From the human T2T-CHM13v2.0 reference genome, Homo sapiens, in assembly GCF_009914755.1 (NCBI RefSeq), contig NC_060946.1: a DNA stretch of 64,000 nucleotides, one strand, 5' to 3'. The notes below the pieces were generated by a model. The model was not told the DNA's origin. It worked only from the letters and a program-made list of their open reading frames with translations, and did no database searches. The position numbers were made by a program, and so were the translations under genes. Shown here piece by piece: positions 35,335 to 54,698 of the stretch (position 1 is the first letter of the stretch; every line of letters begins with the position of its first letter).

Positions 35335-37461
35335 TTATATATGGTATATATTATATGTTATGGAATATGCTTTATATGTAATATATAACCTCATATATAT
35401 TATATGTCATAATACATAATATTTATCCTATGTCATCTTATATATATTATGTATATTACATAACGTATATAATATATAATACATATTATGCATCTTAAAT
35501 ATGAAAATATATAATTATTTATAACATAACATATAGTTATATATAATATGATATATAACGTATATACTATATCATATGTGATATATAATATATATATTTT
35601 TATTACATATTAAAATTTATATATATTATAATTTATATAAAGATATAATTATTTATGTAATATAAATAATTATATATAATTATATAATGAGGTATAATAT
35701 AAATAATAATATATACGATTACATAATTATGTAGTTATCTGTATAAAAATATAATTATATATAATTATATATATCATATAATAGACAACATACATATTAT
35801 ATAATGTATAATATATATTATACAATATATGATACATACATGATATTTAATATATCATAATAGAATATATATTTTAATATTATGTATGTAACATATATTA
35901 TGTGATATATAATATATATTATGTAATATAAAATAATATAATATAATATATATTATATTAAGATATATTATGTAAAGTAAGTAATAAAATTACATATAAC
36001 ATAATATATAGTTATGTATAATATAACGTATAATTATATACGTTATATTTTATATGTACATATAATATTGTACAGTTATATATAATTTTGAATAGTTACA
36101 TATAATGTAATATAAAACATATATAATATATATCATAAAATATATATTTTATACCATATATAATATGTATCATATATTGTGTGTTATATGTCATATATTG
36201 TATATCATATATCGTATGTTATATGTTATATATATCACATTCCACATATTGTGTATTATAAATTATATATAATATATGACATACATTACATTATATTTGA
36301 TAAATTATACATTATATGTAACATAGTATATATTATATGTAACATGTATATTCTATGGAAAATATATAATATATAACATATATTACATATAATTAATGAC
36401 ATAGACATATAATATATATTTAATATATGTATTATACATACAACATATTGTATATAATATATAACATATATTACATAAAAGTCATAAAATATATTATATA
36501 TTGTATGTCATATTTTACATTTACAGTTATATATTATTATATGTTATTTTATCTCATATATAACATAGAAACATTATATATTATATATAATGTATATTAT
36601 ATATAACATAGATATAATAGATTAATATATGTAAGGTATATTATATATTTAATACGTATATTAAACATATAATATATTCTATATATGAAATATAATATAT
36701 CTTATATGTGTCATAAAATATAACGTATAATATGTGTCATATTGTATAAATATAATGCTTATCTATTATCAATTATTATATGACATATAATATATATAAT
36801 ATAAGACGCAGGATGTAAAACAATATTATATATATGTTATATGTATTCTATATACGATACTATATATTATTATATACATAATGTATATTTATATTTGTGG
36901 GTGCCCTATTCCCCATCTGATAACTTGTTGTAAGAAGCGCAGCGTAATAATGTGTGGGCTTGGGATTCTGTTTTTGAAACAAAACACTGAGCCTTCAATG
37001 ACCTTTCGGTCTCTGTAAAAGCACTCCTGTCTTCCTGGCAGCTGTTGGACCTCACAATGTGGATTGTGCCCTCACCCTGCAATGTTGATGCCCTATCGCC
37101 ATGGTGACGGGATTAGGGATCTCCTGCTCTTGGTCCTAAGGGCCACTGTCTGTGCTGTGTTTTCCAAAGGTCAGAACAGATTGAACCTTTGTGGTTTTAT
37201 TTTCCCTGAGTTTGATTTTTCTCATGGGGAACCTGTGTTGCTGCTTTGAACGTATATTCATACTGGCCTTTCAAATGCCAACTCTTCATATTACTAGTTA
37301 ATGCTTTCAAAATATGTTATTTAAAAAATGATCCTCACTATTGTCCATATGCAGTTATAAATACGTTTCATGGTTATGTTTTATTCCTCAGTTTACATAT
37401 TTGATTATTGTACCAAGCAGAGTACCTTTGAAATGTTTTTCCATTTAAAAAATATGAATCT

Positions 37462-37753
<292 letters not shown>

Positions 37754-39882
37754 TTATATATGTTATATACTATATGTTATGGAATATGCTTTATATGTAA
37801 TATATAACCTCATATATATTATATGTCATAATACATAATATTTATCCTATGTCATTTATATATATTATGTATATTACATAACGTATATAATATATAATAC
37901 ATATTATGCATCTTAAATATGAAAATATATAATTATTGATAACATAACATATAGTTATATATAATATGATATATAACGTATATACTATATCATATGTGAT
38001 ATATAATATATATATTTTTATTACATATTATAGTTTATATATATTATAATTTATATAAAGATATAATTATTTATGTAATATAAATAATTATATATAATTA
38101 TATAATGAGGTATAATATAAATAATAATATATACGATTACATAATTATGTAGTTATCTGTATAAAAATATAATTATATATATAGTTATATATATCATATA
38201 ATAGACAACATACATATTATATAATGTATAATATATATTATACAATATATGATACATATATGATATTTAATATATCATAATAGAATATATATTTTAATAT
38301 TATGTATGTAACATATATTATGTGATATATAATATATATTATGTAATATAAAATAATATAATATAATATATATTATATTATGATATATTATGTAAAGTAA
38401 GTAATAAAATTACATATAACATAATACATAGTTATGTATAATATAACGTATAATTATATACGTTATATTTTATATGTACATATAATATTATACAGTTATA
38501 TATAATTTTGAATAGTTACATATAATGTAATATAAAACATATATAATATATATCATAAAATATATATTTTATACCATATATAATATGTATCATATATTGT
38601 GTGTTATATGTCATATATTGTATATCATATATCGTATGTTATATGTTATATACATCACATTCCACATATTGTGTATTATAAATTATATATAATATATGAC
38701 ATACATTACATTATATTTGATAAATTATACATTATATGTAACATAGTATATATTATATGTAACATGTATATTCTATGGAAAATATATAATATATAACATA
38801 TATTACATATAATTAATGACATAGACATATAATATATATTTAATATATGTATTATACATACAACATATTGTATATAATATATAACATATATTTCATAAAA
38901 GTCATAAAATATAATATATATTGTATGTCATATTTTACATTTACAGTTATATGTTATTATATGTTATTTTATCTCATATATAACATAGAAACAATATATA
39001 TTATATATAATGTATATTATATATAACATAGATATAATAGATATAATATATGTAATGTATATTATATATTTAATACGTATATTAACCATGTAATATATTC
39101 TATATATGAAATATAATATATCTTATATATGTCATAAAATATAACGTATAATATGTGTCATATTGTATAAATATAATGCTTATCTATTATCAATTATTAT
39201 ATGACATATGATATATATAATATAAGACGCAGGATGTAAAACAATATTATATATATGTTATATGTATTATATATACGATACTATATATTATTATATACAT
39301 AATGTATATTTATATTTGTGGGTGCCCTATTCCCCATCTGATAACTTGTTGTAAGAAGCGCAGCGTAATAATGTGTGGGCTTGGGATTCTGTTTTTGAAA
39401 CAAAACACTGAGCCTTCAATGACCTTTCGGTCTCTGTAAAAGCACTCCTGTCTTCCTGGCAGCTGTTGGACCTCACAATGTTGATTGTGCCCTCACCCTG
39501 CAATGTTGATGCCCTATCGCCATGGTGACGGGATTAGGGATCTCCTGCTCTTGGTCCTAAGGGCCACTGTCTGTTCTGTGTTTTCCAAAGGTCAGAACAG
39601 ATTGAACCTTTGTGGTTTTATTTTCCCTGAGTTTGATTTTTCTCATGGGGAACCTGTGTTGCTGCTTTGAACGTATATTCATACTGGCCTTTCAAATGCC
39701 AACTCTTCATATTACTAGTTAATGCTTTCAAAATATGTTATTTAAAAAATGATCCTCAGTATTGTCCATATGCAGTTATAAATACGTTTCATGGTTATGT
39801 TTTATTCCTCAGTTTACATATTTGATTATTGTACCAAGCAGAGTACCTTTGAAATGTTTTTCCATTTAAAAAATATGAATCT

Positions 39883-40174
<292 letters not shown>

Positions 40175-42299
40175 TTATATATGGTATATACTATATGTTA
40201 TGGAATATGCTTTATATGTAATATATAACCTCATATATATTATATGTAATAATACATAATATTTATCCTATGTCATCTTATATATATTATGTATATTACA
40301 TAACGTATATAATATATAATACATATTATGCATCTTAAATATGAAAATATATAATTATTGATAACATAACATATAATTATATATAATATGATATATAACG
40401 TATATACTATATCATATGTGATATATAATATATATATTTTTATTACATATTATAATTTATATATATTATAATTTATATAAAGATATAATTATTTATGTAA
40501 TATAAATATATATAATTATATAATGAGGTATATTATAAATAATAATACATACGATTACATAATTATGTAGTTATCTGTATAAAAATATAATTATATATAT
40601 AATTATATATATCATATCATAGACAACATACATATTATATAATGTATAATATATAATATACAATATATGATACATATATGATATTTAATATATCATAATA
40701 GAATATATATTTTAATATTATGTATATAACATATATTATGTGATATATAATATATATTATGTAATATAAAATAATATAATATAATATATATTATATTATG
40801 ATATATTATGTAAAGTAAGTAATAAAATTACATATAACATAATATATAGTTATGTATAATATAACGTATAATTATATACGTTATATTTTATATGTACATA
40901 TAATATTATACAGTTATATATAATTTTGAATAGTTACATATAATGTAATATAAAACATATATAATATATATCATAAAATATATATTTTATACCATATATA
41001 ATATGTATCATATATTGTGTGTTATATGTCATATATTGTATATCATATATCGTATGTTATATGTTATATATATCACATTCCACATATTGTGTATTATAAA
41101 TTATATATAATATATGACATACATTACATTATATTTGATAAATTATACATTATATGTAACATAGTATATATTATATGAAACATGTATATTCTATGGAAAA
41201 TATATAATATATAACATATATTACATATAATTAATGACATAGACATATAATATATATTTAATATATGTATTATACATACAACATATTGTATATAATATAT
41301 AACATATATTACATAAAAGTCGTAAAATATAATATATATTGTATGTCATATTTTACATTTACAGTTATATATTATTATATGTTATTTTATCTCATATATA
41401 ACATAGAAACAATATATATTATATATAATGTATATTATATATAACATAGATATAATAGATATAATATATGTAATGTATATTATATATTTAATACGTATAT
41501 TAACCATATAATATATTCTATATATAAAATATAATATATCTTATATATGTCATAAAATATAACTTATATTATGTGTCATATTGTATAAATATAATGCTTA
41601 TCTATTATCAATTATTATATGACATATAATATATATAATATAAGACGCAGGATGTAAAACAATATTATATATATGTTATATGTATTATATATACGATACT
41701 ATATATTATTATATACATAATGTATATTTATATTTGTGGGTGCCCTATTCCCCATCTGATAACTTGTTGTAAGAAGCGCAGCGTAATAATGTGTGGGCTT
41801 GGGATTCTGTTTTTGAAACAAAACACTGAGCCTTCAATGACCTTTCGGTCTCTGTAAAAGCACTCCTGTCTTCCTGGCAGCTGTTGGACCTCACAATGTG
41901 GATTGTGCCCTCACCCTGCAATGTTGATGCCCTATCGCCATGGTGACGGGATTAGGGATCTCCTGCTCTTGGTCCTAAGGGCCACTGTCTGTGCTGTGTT
42001 TTCCAAAGGTCAGAACAGATTGAACCTTTGTGGTTTTATTTTCCCTGAGTTTGATTTTTCTCATGGGGAACCTGTGTTGCTGCTTTGAACGTATATTCAT
42101 ACTGGCCTTTCAAATGCCAACTCTTCATATTACTAGTTAATGCTTTCAAAATATGTTATTTAAAAAATGATCCTCAGTATGGTCCATATGCAGTTATGAA
42201 TACGTTTCATGGTTATGTTTTATTCCTCAGTTTACATATTTGATTATTGTACCAAGCAGAGTACCTTTGAAATGTTTTTCCATTTAAAAATATGAATCT

Positions 42300-42591
<292 letters not shown>

Positions 42592-44720
42592 TTATATATG
42601 GTATATACTATATGTTATGGAATATGCTTTATATGTAATATATAACCTCATATATATTATATGTCATAATACATAATATTTATCCTATGTCATCTTATAT
42701 ATATTATGTATATTACATAACGTATATAATATATAATACATATTATGCATCTTAAATATGAAAATATATAATTATTGATAACATAACATATAGTTATATA
42801 TAATATGATATATAACGTATATACTATATCATATGTGATATATAATATATATATTTTCATTACATATTATGATTTATATATATTATAATTTATATAAAGA
42901 TATAATTATTTATGTAATATAAATAATTATATATAATTACATAATGAGGTATAATATAAATAATGATATATACGATTACATATTTATGTAGTTATCTGTA
43001 TAAAAATATAATTATATATATAATTATATATATCATATCATAGACAACATACATATTATATAATGTATAATATATATTATACAATATATGATACATATAT
43101 GATATTTAATATATCATAATAGAATATATATTTTAATATTATGTATGTAACATATATTATGTGATATATAATATATATTATGTAATATAAAATAATATAA
43201 TATAATATATATTATATTATGATATATTATGTAAAGTAAGTAATAAAATTACATATAACATAATATATAGTTATGTATAATATAACGTATAATTATATAC
43301 GTTATATTTTATATGTACATATAATATTATACAGTTATATATAATTTTGAATAGTTACATATAATGTAATATAAAACATATATAATATATATCATAAAAT
43401 ATATATTTTATACCATATATAATATGTATCATATATTGTGTGTTATATGTCATATATTGTATATCATATATCGTATGTTATATGTTATATATATCACATT
43501 CCACATATTGTGTATTATAAATTATATATAATATATGACATACATTACATTATATTTGATAAATTATACATTATATGTAACATAGTATATATTATATGTA
43601 ACATGTATATTCTATGGAAAATATATAATATATAACATATATTACATATAATTAATGACATAGACATATAATATATATTTAATATATGTATTATACATAC
43701 AACATATTGTATATAATATATAACATATATTACATAAAAGTCATAAAATATATTATATATTGTATGTCATATTTTACATTTACAGTTATATATTATTATA
43801 TGTTATTTTATCTCATATATAACATAGAAACATTATATATTATATATAATGTATATTATATATAACATAGATATAATAGATTAATATATGTAAGGTATAT
43901 TATATATTTAATACGTATATTAAACATATAATATATTCTATATATGAAATATAATATATCTTATATGTGTCATAAAATATAACGTATAATATGTGTCATA
44001 TTGTATAAATATAATGCTTATCTATTATCAATTATTATATGACATATAATATATATAATATAAGACGCAGGATGTAAAACAATATTATATATATGTTATA
44101 TGTATTATATATACGATACTATATATTATTATATACATAATGTATATTTATATTTGTGGGTGCCCTATTCCCCATCTGATAACTTGTTGTAAGAAGCGCA
44201 GCGTAATAATGTGTGGGCTTGGGATTCTGTTTTTGAAACAAAACACTGAGCCTTCAATGACCTTTCGGTCTCTGTAAAAGCACTCCTGTCTTCCTGGCAG
44301 CTGTTGGACCTCACAATGTGGATTGTGCCCTCACCCTGCAATGTTGATGCCCTATCGCCATGGTGACGGGATTAGGGATCTCCTGCTCTTGGTCCTAAGG
44401 GCCACTGTCTGTGCTGTGTTTTCCAAAGGTCAGAACAGATTGAACCTTTGTGGTTTTATTTTCCCTGAGTTTGATTTTTCTCATGGGGAACCTGTGTTGC
44501 TGCTTTGAACGTATATTCATACTGGCCTTTCAAATGCCAACTCTTCATATTACTAGTTAATGCTTTCAAAATATGTTATTTAAAAAATTATCCTCAGTAT
44601 TGTCCATATGCAGTTATAAATACGTTTCATGGTTATGTTTTATTCCTCAGTTTACATATTTGATTATTGTACCAAGCAGAGTACCTTTGAAATGTTTTTC
44701 CATTTAAAAAATATGAATCT

Positions 44721-45012
<292 letters not shown>

Positions 45013-47142
45013 TTATATATGGTATATACTATATGTTATGGAATATGCTTTATATGTAATATATAACCTCATATATATTATATGTCATAATACATAATAT
45101 TTATCCTATGTCATCTTATATATATTATGTATATTACATAACGTATATAATATATAATACATATTATGCATCTTAAATATGAAAATATATAATTATTGAT
45201 AACATAACATATAGTTATATATAATATGATATATAACGTATATACTATATCATATGTGATATATAATGTATATAATTTTATTACATATTATAATTTATAT
45301 ATATTATAATTTATATAAAGATATAATTATTTATGTAATATAAATAATTATATACAATTATATAATGAGGTATAATATAAATAATAATATATACGATTAC
45401 ATATTTATGTAGTTATCTGTATAAAAATATAATTATATATATAATTATATATATCATATAATAGAAAACATACATATTATATAATGTATAATATATATTA
45501 TACAATATATGATACATATATGATATTTAATATATCATAATAGAATATATATTTTAATATTATGTATGTAACATATATTATGTGATATATAATATATATT
45601 ATGTAATATAAAATAATATAATATAATATATATTATATTATGGTATATTATGTAAAGTAAGTAATAAAATTACATATAACATAATATATAGTTATGTATA
45701 ATATAACGTATAATTATATAAGTTATATTTTATATGTTCATATAATATTATGCAGTTATATATAATTTTGAATAGTTACATATAATGTAATATAAAACAT
45801 ATATAATATATATCATAAAATATATATTTTATACCATATATAATATGTATCATATATTGTGTGTTATATGTCATATATTGTATATCATATATCGTATGTT
45901 ATATGTTATATATATCACATTCCACATATTGTGTATTATAAATTATATATAATATATGACATACATTACATTATATTTGATAAATTATACATTATATGTA
46001 ACATAGTATATATTATATGTAACATGTATATTCTATGGAAAATATATAATATATAACATATATTACATATAATTAATGACATAGACATATAATATATATT
46101 TAATATATGTATTATACATACAACATATTGTATATAATATATAACATATATTACATAAAAGTCATAAAATATAATATATATTGTATGTCATATTTTACAT
46201 TTACAGTTATATATTATTATATGTTATTTTATCTCATATATAACATAGAAACAATATATATTATATATAATGTATATTATATATAACATAGATATAATAG
46301 ATATAATATATGTAATGTATATTATATATTTAATACGTATATTAACCATATAATATATTCTATATATAAAATATAATATATCTTATATATGTCATAAAAT
46401 ATAACTTATATTATGTGTCATATTGTATAAATATAATGCTTATCTATTATCAATTATTATATGACATATAATATATATAATATAAGACGCAGGATGTAAA
46501 ACAATATTATATATATGTTATATGTATTATATATACGATACTATATATTATTATATACATAATGTATATTTATATTTGTGGGTGCCCTATTCCCCATCTG
46601 ATAACTTGTTGTAAGAAGCGCAGCGTAATAATGTGTGGGCTTGGGATTCTGTTTTTGAAACAAAACACTGAGCCTTCAATGACCTTTCGGTCTCTGTAAA
46701 AGCACTCCTGTCTTCCTGGCAGCTGTTGGACCTCACAATGTGGATTGTGCCCTCACCCTGCAATGTTGATGCCCTATCGCCATGGTGACGGGATTAGGGA
46801 TCTCCTGCTCTTGGTCCTAAGGGCCACTGTCTGTGCTGTGTTTTCCAAAGGTCAGAACAGATTGAACCTTTGTGGTTTTATTTTCCCTGAGTTTGATTTT
46901 TCTCATGGGGAACCTGTGTTGCTGCTTTGAACGTATATTCATACTGGCCTTTCAAATGCCAACTCTTCATATTACTAGTTAATGCTTTCAAAATATGTTA
47001 TTTAAAAAATTATCCTCAGTATTGTCCATATGCAGTTATAAATACGTTTCATGGTTATGTTTTATTCCTCAGTTTACATATTTGATTATTGTACCAAGCA
47101 GAGTACCTTTGAAATGTTTTTCCATTTAAAAAATATGAATCT

Positions 47143-47434
<292 letters not shown>

Positions 47435-49564
47435 TTATATATGGTATATACTATATGTTATGGAATATGCTTTATATGTAATATATAACCTCATATATAT
47501 TATATGTCATAATACATAATATTTATCCTATGTCATCTTATATATATTATGTATATTACATAACGTATATAATATATAATACATATTATGCATCTTAAAT
47601 ATGAAAATATATAATTATTGATAACATAACATATAGTTATATATAATATGATATATAACGTATATACTATATCATATGTGATATATAATGTATATAATTT
47701 TATTACATATTATAATTTATAGATATTATAATTTATATAAAGATATAATTATTTATGTAATATAAATAATTATATACAATTATATAATGAGGTATAATAT
47801 AAATAATAATATATACGATTACATATTTATGTAGTTATCTGTATAAAAATATAATTATATATATAATTATATATATCATATAATAGAAAACATACATATT
47901 ATATAATGTATAATATATATTATACAATATATGATACATATATGATATTTAATATATCATAATAGAATATATATTTTAATATTATGTATGTAACATATAT
48001 TATGTGATATATAATATATATTATGTAATATAAAATAATATAATATAATATATATTATATTATGGTATATTATGTAAAGTAAGTAATAAAATTACATATA
48101 ACATAATATATAGTTATGTATAACATAACGTATAATTATATACGTTATATTTTATATGTACATATAATATTATACAGTTATATATAATTTTGAATAGTTA
48201 CCTATAATGTAATATAAAACATATATAATATATATCATAAAATATATATTTTATACCATATATAATATGTATCATATATTGTGTGTTATATGTCATATAT
48301 TGTATATCATATATCGTATGTTATATGTTATATATATCACATTCCACATATTGTGTATTATAAATTATATATAATATATGACATACATTACATTATATTT
48401 GATAAATTATACATTTTATGTAACATAGTATATATTATATGTAACATGTATATTCTATGGAAAATATATAATATATAACATATATTACATATAATTAATG
48501 ACATAGACATATAATATATATTTAATATATGTATTATACATACAACATATTGTATATAATATATAACATATATTACATAAAAGTCGTAAAATATAATATA
48601 TATTGTATGTCATATTTTAGATTTACAGTTATATATTATTATATGTTATTTTATCTCATATATAACATAGAAACAATATATATTATATATAATGTATATT
48701 ATATATAACATAGATATAATAGATATAATATATGTAATGTATATTATATATTTAATACGTATATTAACCGTATAATATATTCTATATATGAAATATAATA
48801 TACCTTTTATATGTCATAAAATATAACGTATATTATGTGTCATATTGAATAAATATAATGCTTATCTATTATCAATTATTATATGACATAAAATATATAT
48901 AATATAAGACGCAGGATGTAAAACAATATTATATATATGTTATATGTATTATATATACGATACTATATATTATTATATGCATAATGTATATTTATATTTG
49001 TGGGTGCCCTATTCCCCATCTGATAACTTGTTGTAAGAAGCGCAGCGTAATAATGTGTGGGCTTGGGATTCTGTTTTTGAAACAAAACACTGAGCCTTCA
49101 ATGACTTTTCGGTCTCTGTAAAAGCACTCCTGTCTTCCTGGCAGCTGTTGGACCTCACAATGTGGATTGTGCCCTCACCCTGCAATATTGATGCCCTATC
49201 GCCATGGTGACGGGATTAGGGATCTCCTGCTCTTGGTCCTAAGGGCCACTGTCTGTGCTGTGTTTTCCAAAGGTCAGAACAGATTGAACCTTTGTGGTTT
49301 TATTTTCCCTGAGTTTGATTTTTCTCATGGGGAACCTGTGTTGCTGCTTTGAACGTATATTCATACTGGCCTTTCAAATGCCAACTCTTCATATTACTAG
49401 TTAATGCTTTCAAAATATGTTATTTAAAAAATGATCCTCAGTATTGTCCATATGCAGTTATAAATACGTTTCATGGTTATGTTTTATTCCTCAGTTTACA
49501 TATTTGATTATTGTACCAAGCAGAGTACCTTTGAAATGTTTTTCCATTTAAAAAATATGAATCT

Positions 49565-49856
<292 letters not shown>

Positions 49857-51985
49857 TTATATATGGTATATACTATATGTTATGGAATATGCTTTATATG
49901 TAATATATAACCTCATATACATTATATGTCATAATACATAATATTTATCCTATGTCATCTTATATATATTATGTATATTACATAACGTATATAATATATA
50001 ATACATATTATGCATCTTAAATATGAAAATATATAATTATTGATAACATAACATATATTTATATATAATATGATATATAACGTATATACTATATCATATG
50101 TGATATATAATGTATATATTTTTATTACATATTATAATTTATATATATTATAATTTATATAAAGATATAATTATTTATGTAATATAAATAATTATATACA
50201 ATTATATAATGAGGTATATTATAAATAATAATATATACGATTACATATTTATGTAGTTATCTGTATAAAAATATAATTATATATATAATTATATATATCA
50301 TATAATAGACAACATACATATTATATAATGTATAATATATATTATACAATATATGATACATATATGATATTTAATATATCATAATAGAATATATATTTTA
50401 ATATTATGTATGTAACATATATTATGTGATATATAATATATATTATGTAATATAAAATAATATAATATAATATATATTATATTATGATATATTATGTAAA
50501 GTAAGTAATAAAATTACATATAAAATAATACATAGTTATGTATAATATAACGTATAATTATATACGTTATATTTTATATGTACATATAATATTATACAGT
50601 TATATATAATTTTGAATAGTTACATATAATGTAATATAAAACATATATAATATATATCATAAAATATATATTTTATACCATATATAATATGTATCATATA
50701 TTGTGTGTTATATGTCATATATTGTATATCATATATCGTATGTTATATGTTATATATATCACATTCCACATATTGTGTATTATAAATTATATATAATATA
50801 TGACATACATTACATTATATTTGATAAATTATACATTATATGTAACATAGTATATATTATATGTAACATGTATATTCTATGGAAAATATATAATATATAA
50901 CATATATTACATATAATTAATGACATAGACATATAATATATATTTAATATATGTATTATACATACAACATATTGTATATAATATATAACATATATTACAT
51001 AAAAGTCATAAAATATATTATATATTGTATGTCATATTTTACATTTACAGTTATATATTATTATATGTTATTTTATCTCATATATAACATAGAAACATTA
51101 TATATTATATATAATGTATATTATATATAACATAGATATAATAGATTAATATATGTAAGGTATATTATATATTTAATACGTATATTAAACATATAATATA
51201 TTCTATATATGAAATATAATATATCTTATATGTGTCATAAAATATAACGCATAATATGTGTCATATTGTATAAATATAATGCTTATCTATTATCAATTAT
51301 TATATGACATATTATATATATAATATAAGACGCAGGATGTAAAACAATATTATATATATGTTATATGTATTCTATATACGATACTATATATTATTATATA
51401 CATAATGTATATTTATATTTGTGGGTGCCCTATTCCCCATCTGATAACTTGTTGTAAGAAGCGCAGCGTAATAATGTGTGGGCTTGGGATTCTGTTTTTG
51501 AAACAAAACACTGAGCCTTCAATGACCTTTCGGTCTCTGTAAAAGCACTCCTGTCTTCCTGGCAGCTGTTGGACCTCACAATGTGGATTGTGCCCTCACC
51601 CTGCAATGTTGATGCCCTATCGCCATGGTGACGGGATTAGGGATCTCCTGCTCTTGGTCCTAAGGGCCACTGTCTGTGCTGTGTTTTCCAAAGGTCAGAA
51701 CAGATTGAACCTTTGTGGTTTTATTTTCCCTGAGTTTGATTTTTCTCATGGGGAACCTGTGTTGCTGCTTTGAACGTATATTCATACTGGCCTTTCAAAT
51801 GCCAACTCTTCATATTACTAGTTAATGCTTTCAAAATATGTTATTTAAAAAATGATCCTCAGTATTGTCCATATGCAGTTATAAATACGTTTCATGGTTA
51901 TGTTTTATTCCTCAGTTTACATATTTGATTATTGTACCAAGCAGAGTACCTTTGAAATGTTTTTCCATTTAAAAAATATGAATCT

Positions 51986-52277
<292 letters not shown>

Positions 52278-54406
52278 TTATATATGTTATATACTATATG
52301 TTATGGAATATGCTTTATATGTAATATATAACCTCATATATATTATATGTCATAATACATAATATTTATCCTATGTCATCTTATATATATTATGTATATT
52401 ACATAACGTATATAATATATAATACATATTATGCATCTTAAATATGAAAATATATAATTATTGATAACATAACATATAGTTATATATAATATGATATATA
52501 ACGTATATACTATATCATATGTGATATATAATATATATATTTTTATTACATATTATAGTTTATATATATTATAATTTATATAAAGATATAATTATTTATG
52601 TAATATAAATAATTATATATAATTATATAATGAGGTATAATATAAATAATAATATATACGATTACATAATTATGTAGTTATCTGTATAAAAATATAATTA
52701 TATATATAATTATATATATCATATAATAGACAACATACATATTATATAATGTATAATATATATTATACAATATATGATACATATATGATATGTAATATAT
52801 CATAATAGAATATATATTTTAATATTATGTATATAACATATATTATGTGATATATAATATATATTATGTAATATAAAATAATATAATATAATATATATTA
52901 TATTATGATATATTATGTAAAGTAAGTAATAAAATTACATATAAAATAATACATAGTTATGTATAATATAACGTATAATTATATACGTTATATTTTATAT
53001 GTACATATAATATTATACAGTTATATATAATTTTGAATAGTTACATATAATGTAATATAAAACATATATAATATATATCATAAAATATATATTTTATACC
53101 ATATATAATATGTATCATATATTGTGTGTTATATGTCATATATTGTATATCATATATCGTATGTTATATGTTATATATATCACATTCCACATATTGTGTA
53201 TTATAAATTATATATAATATATGACATACATTACATTATATTTGATAAATTATACATTATATGTAACATAGTATATATTATATGTAACATGTATATTCTA
53301 TGGAAAATATATAATATATAACATATATTACATATAATTAATGACATAGACATATAATATATATTTAATATATGTATTATACATACAACATATTGTATAT
53401 AATATATAACATATATTACATAAAAGTCATAAAATATATTATATATTGTATGTCATATTTTACATTTACAGTTATATATTATTATATGTTATTTTATCTC
53501 ATATATAACATAGAAACATTATATATTATATATAATGTATATTATATATAACATAGATATAATAGATTAATATATGTAAGGTATATTATATATTTAATAC
53601 GTATATTAAACATATAATATATTCTATATATGAAATATAATATATCTTATATGTGTCATAAAATATAACGTATAATATGTGTCATATTGTATAAATATAA
53701 TGCTTATCTATTATCAATTATTATATGACATATTATATATATAATATAAGACGCAGGATGTAAAACAATATTATATATATGTTATATGTATTCTATATAC
53801 GATACTATATATTATTATATACATAATGTATATTTATATTTGTGGGTGCCCTATTCCCCATCTGATAACTTGTTGTAAGAAGCGCAGCGTAATAATGTGT
53901 GGGCTTGGGATTCTGTTTTTGAAACAAAACACTGAGCCTTCAATGACCTTTCGGTCTCTGTAAAAGCACTCCTGTCTTCCTGGCAGCTGTTGGACCTCAC
54001 AATGTGGATTGTGCCCTCACCCTGCAATGTTGATGCCCTATCGCCATGGTGACGGGATTAGGGATCTCCTGCTCTTGGTCCTAAGGGCCACTGTCTGTGC
54101 TGTGTTTTCCAAAGGTCAGAACAGATTGAACCTTTGTGGTTTTATTTTCCCTGAGTTTGATTTTTCTCATGGGGAACCTGTGTTGCTGCTTTGAACGTAT
54201 ATTCATACTGGCCTTTCAAATGCCAACTCTTCATATTACTAGTTAATGCTTTCAAAATATGTTATTTAAAAAATGATCCTCAGTATTGTCCATATGCAGT
54301 TATAAATACGTTTCATGGTTATGTTTTATTCCTCAGTTTACATATTTGATTATTGTACCAAGCAGAGTACCTTTGAAATGTTTTTCCATTTAAAAAATAT
54401 GAATCT

Positions 54407-54698
<292 letters not shown>
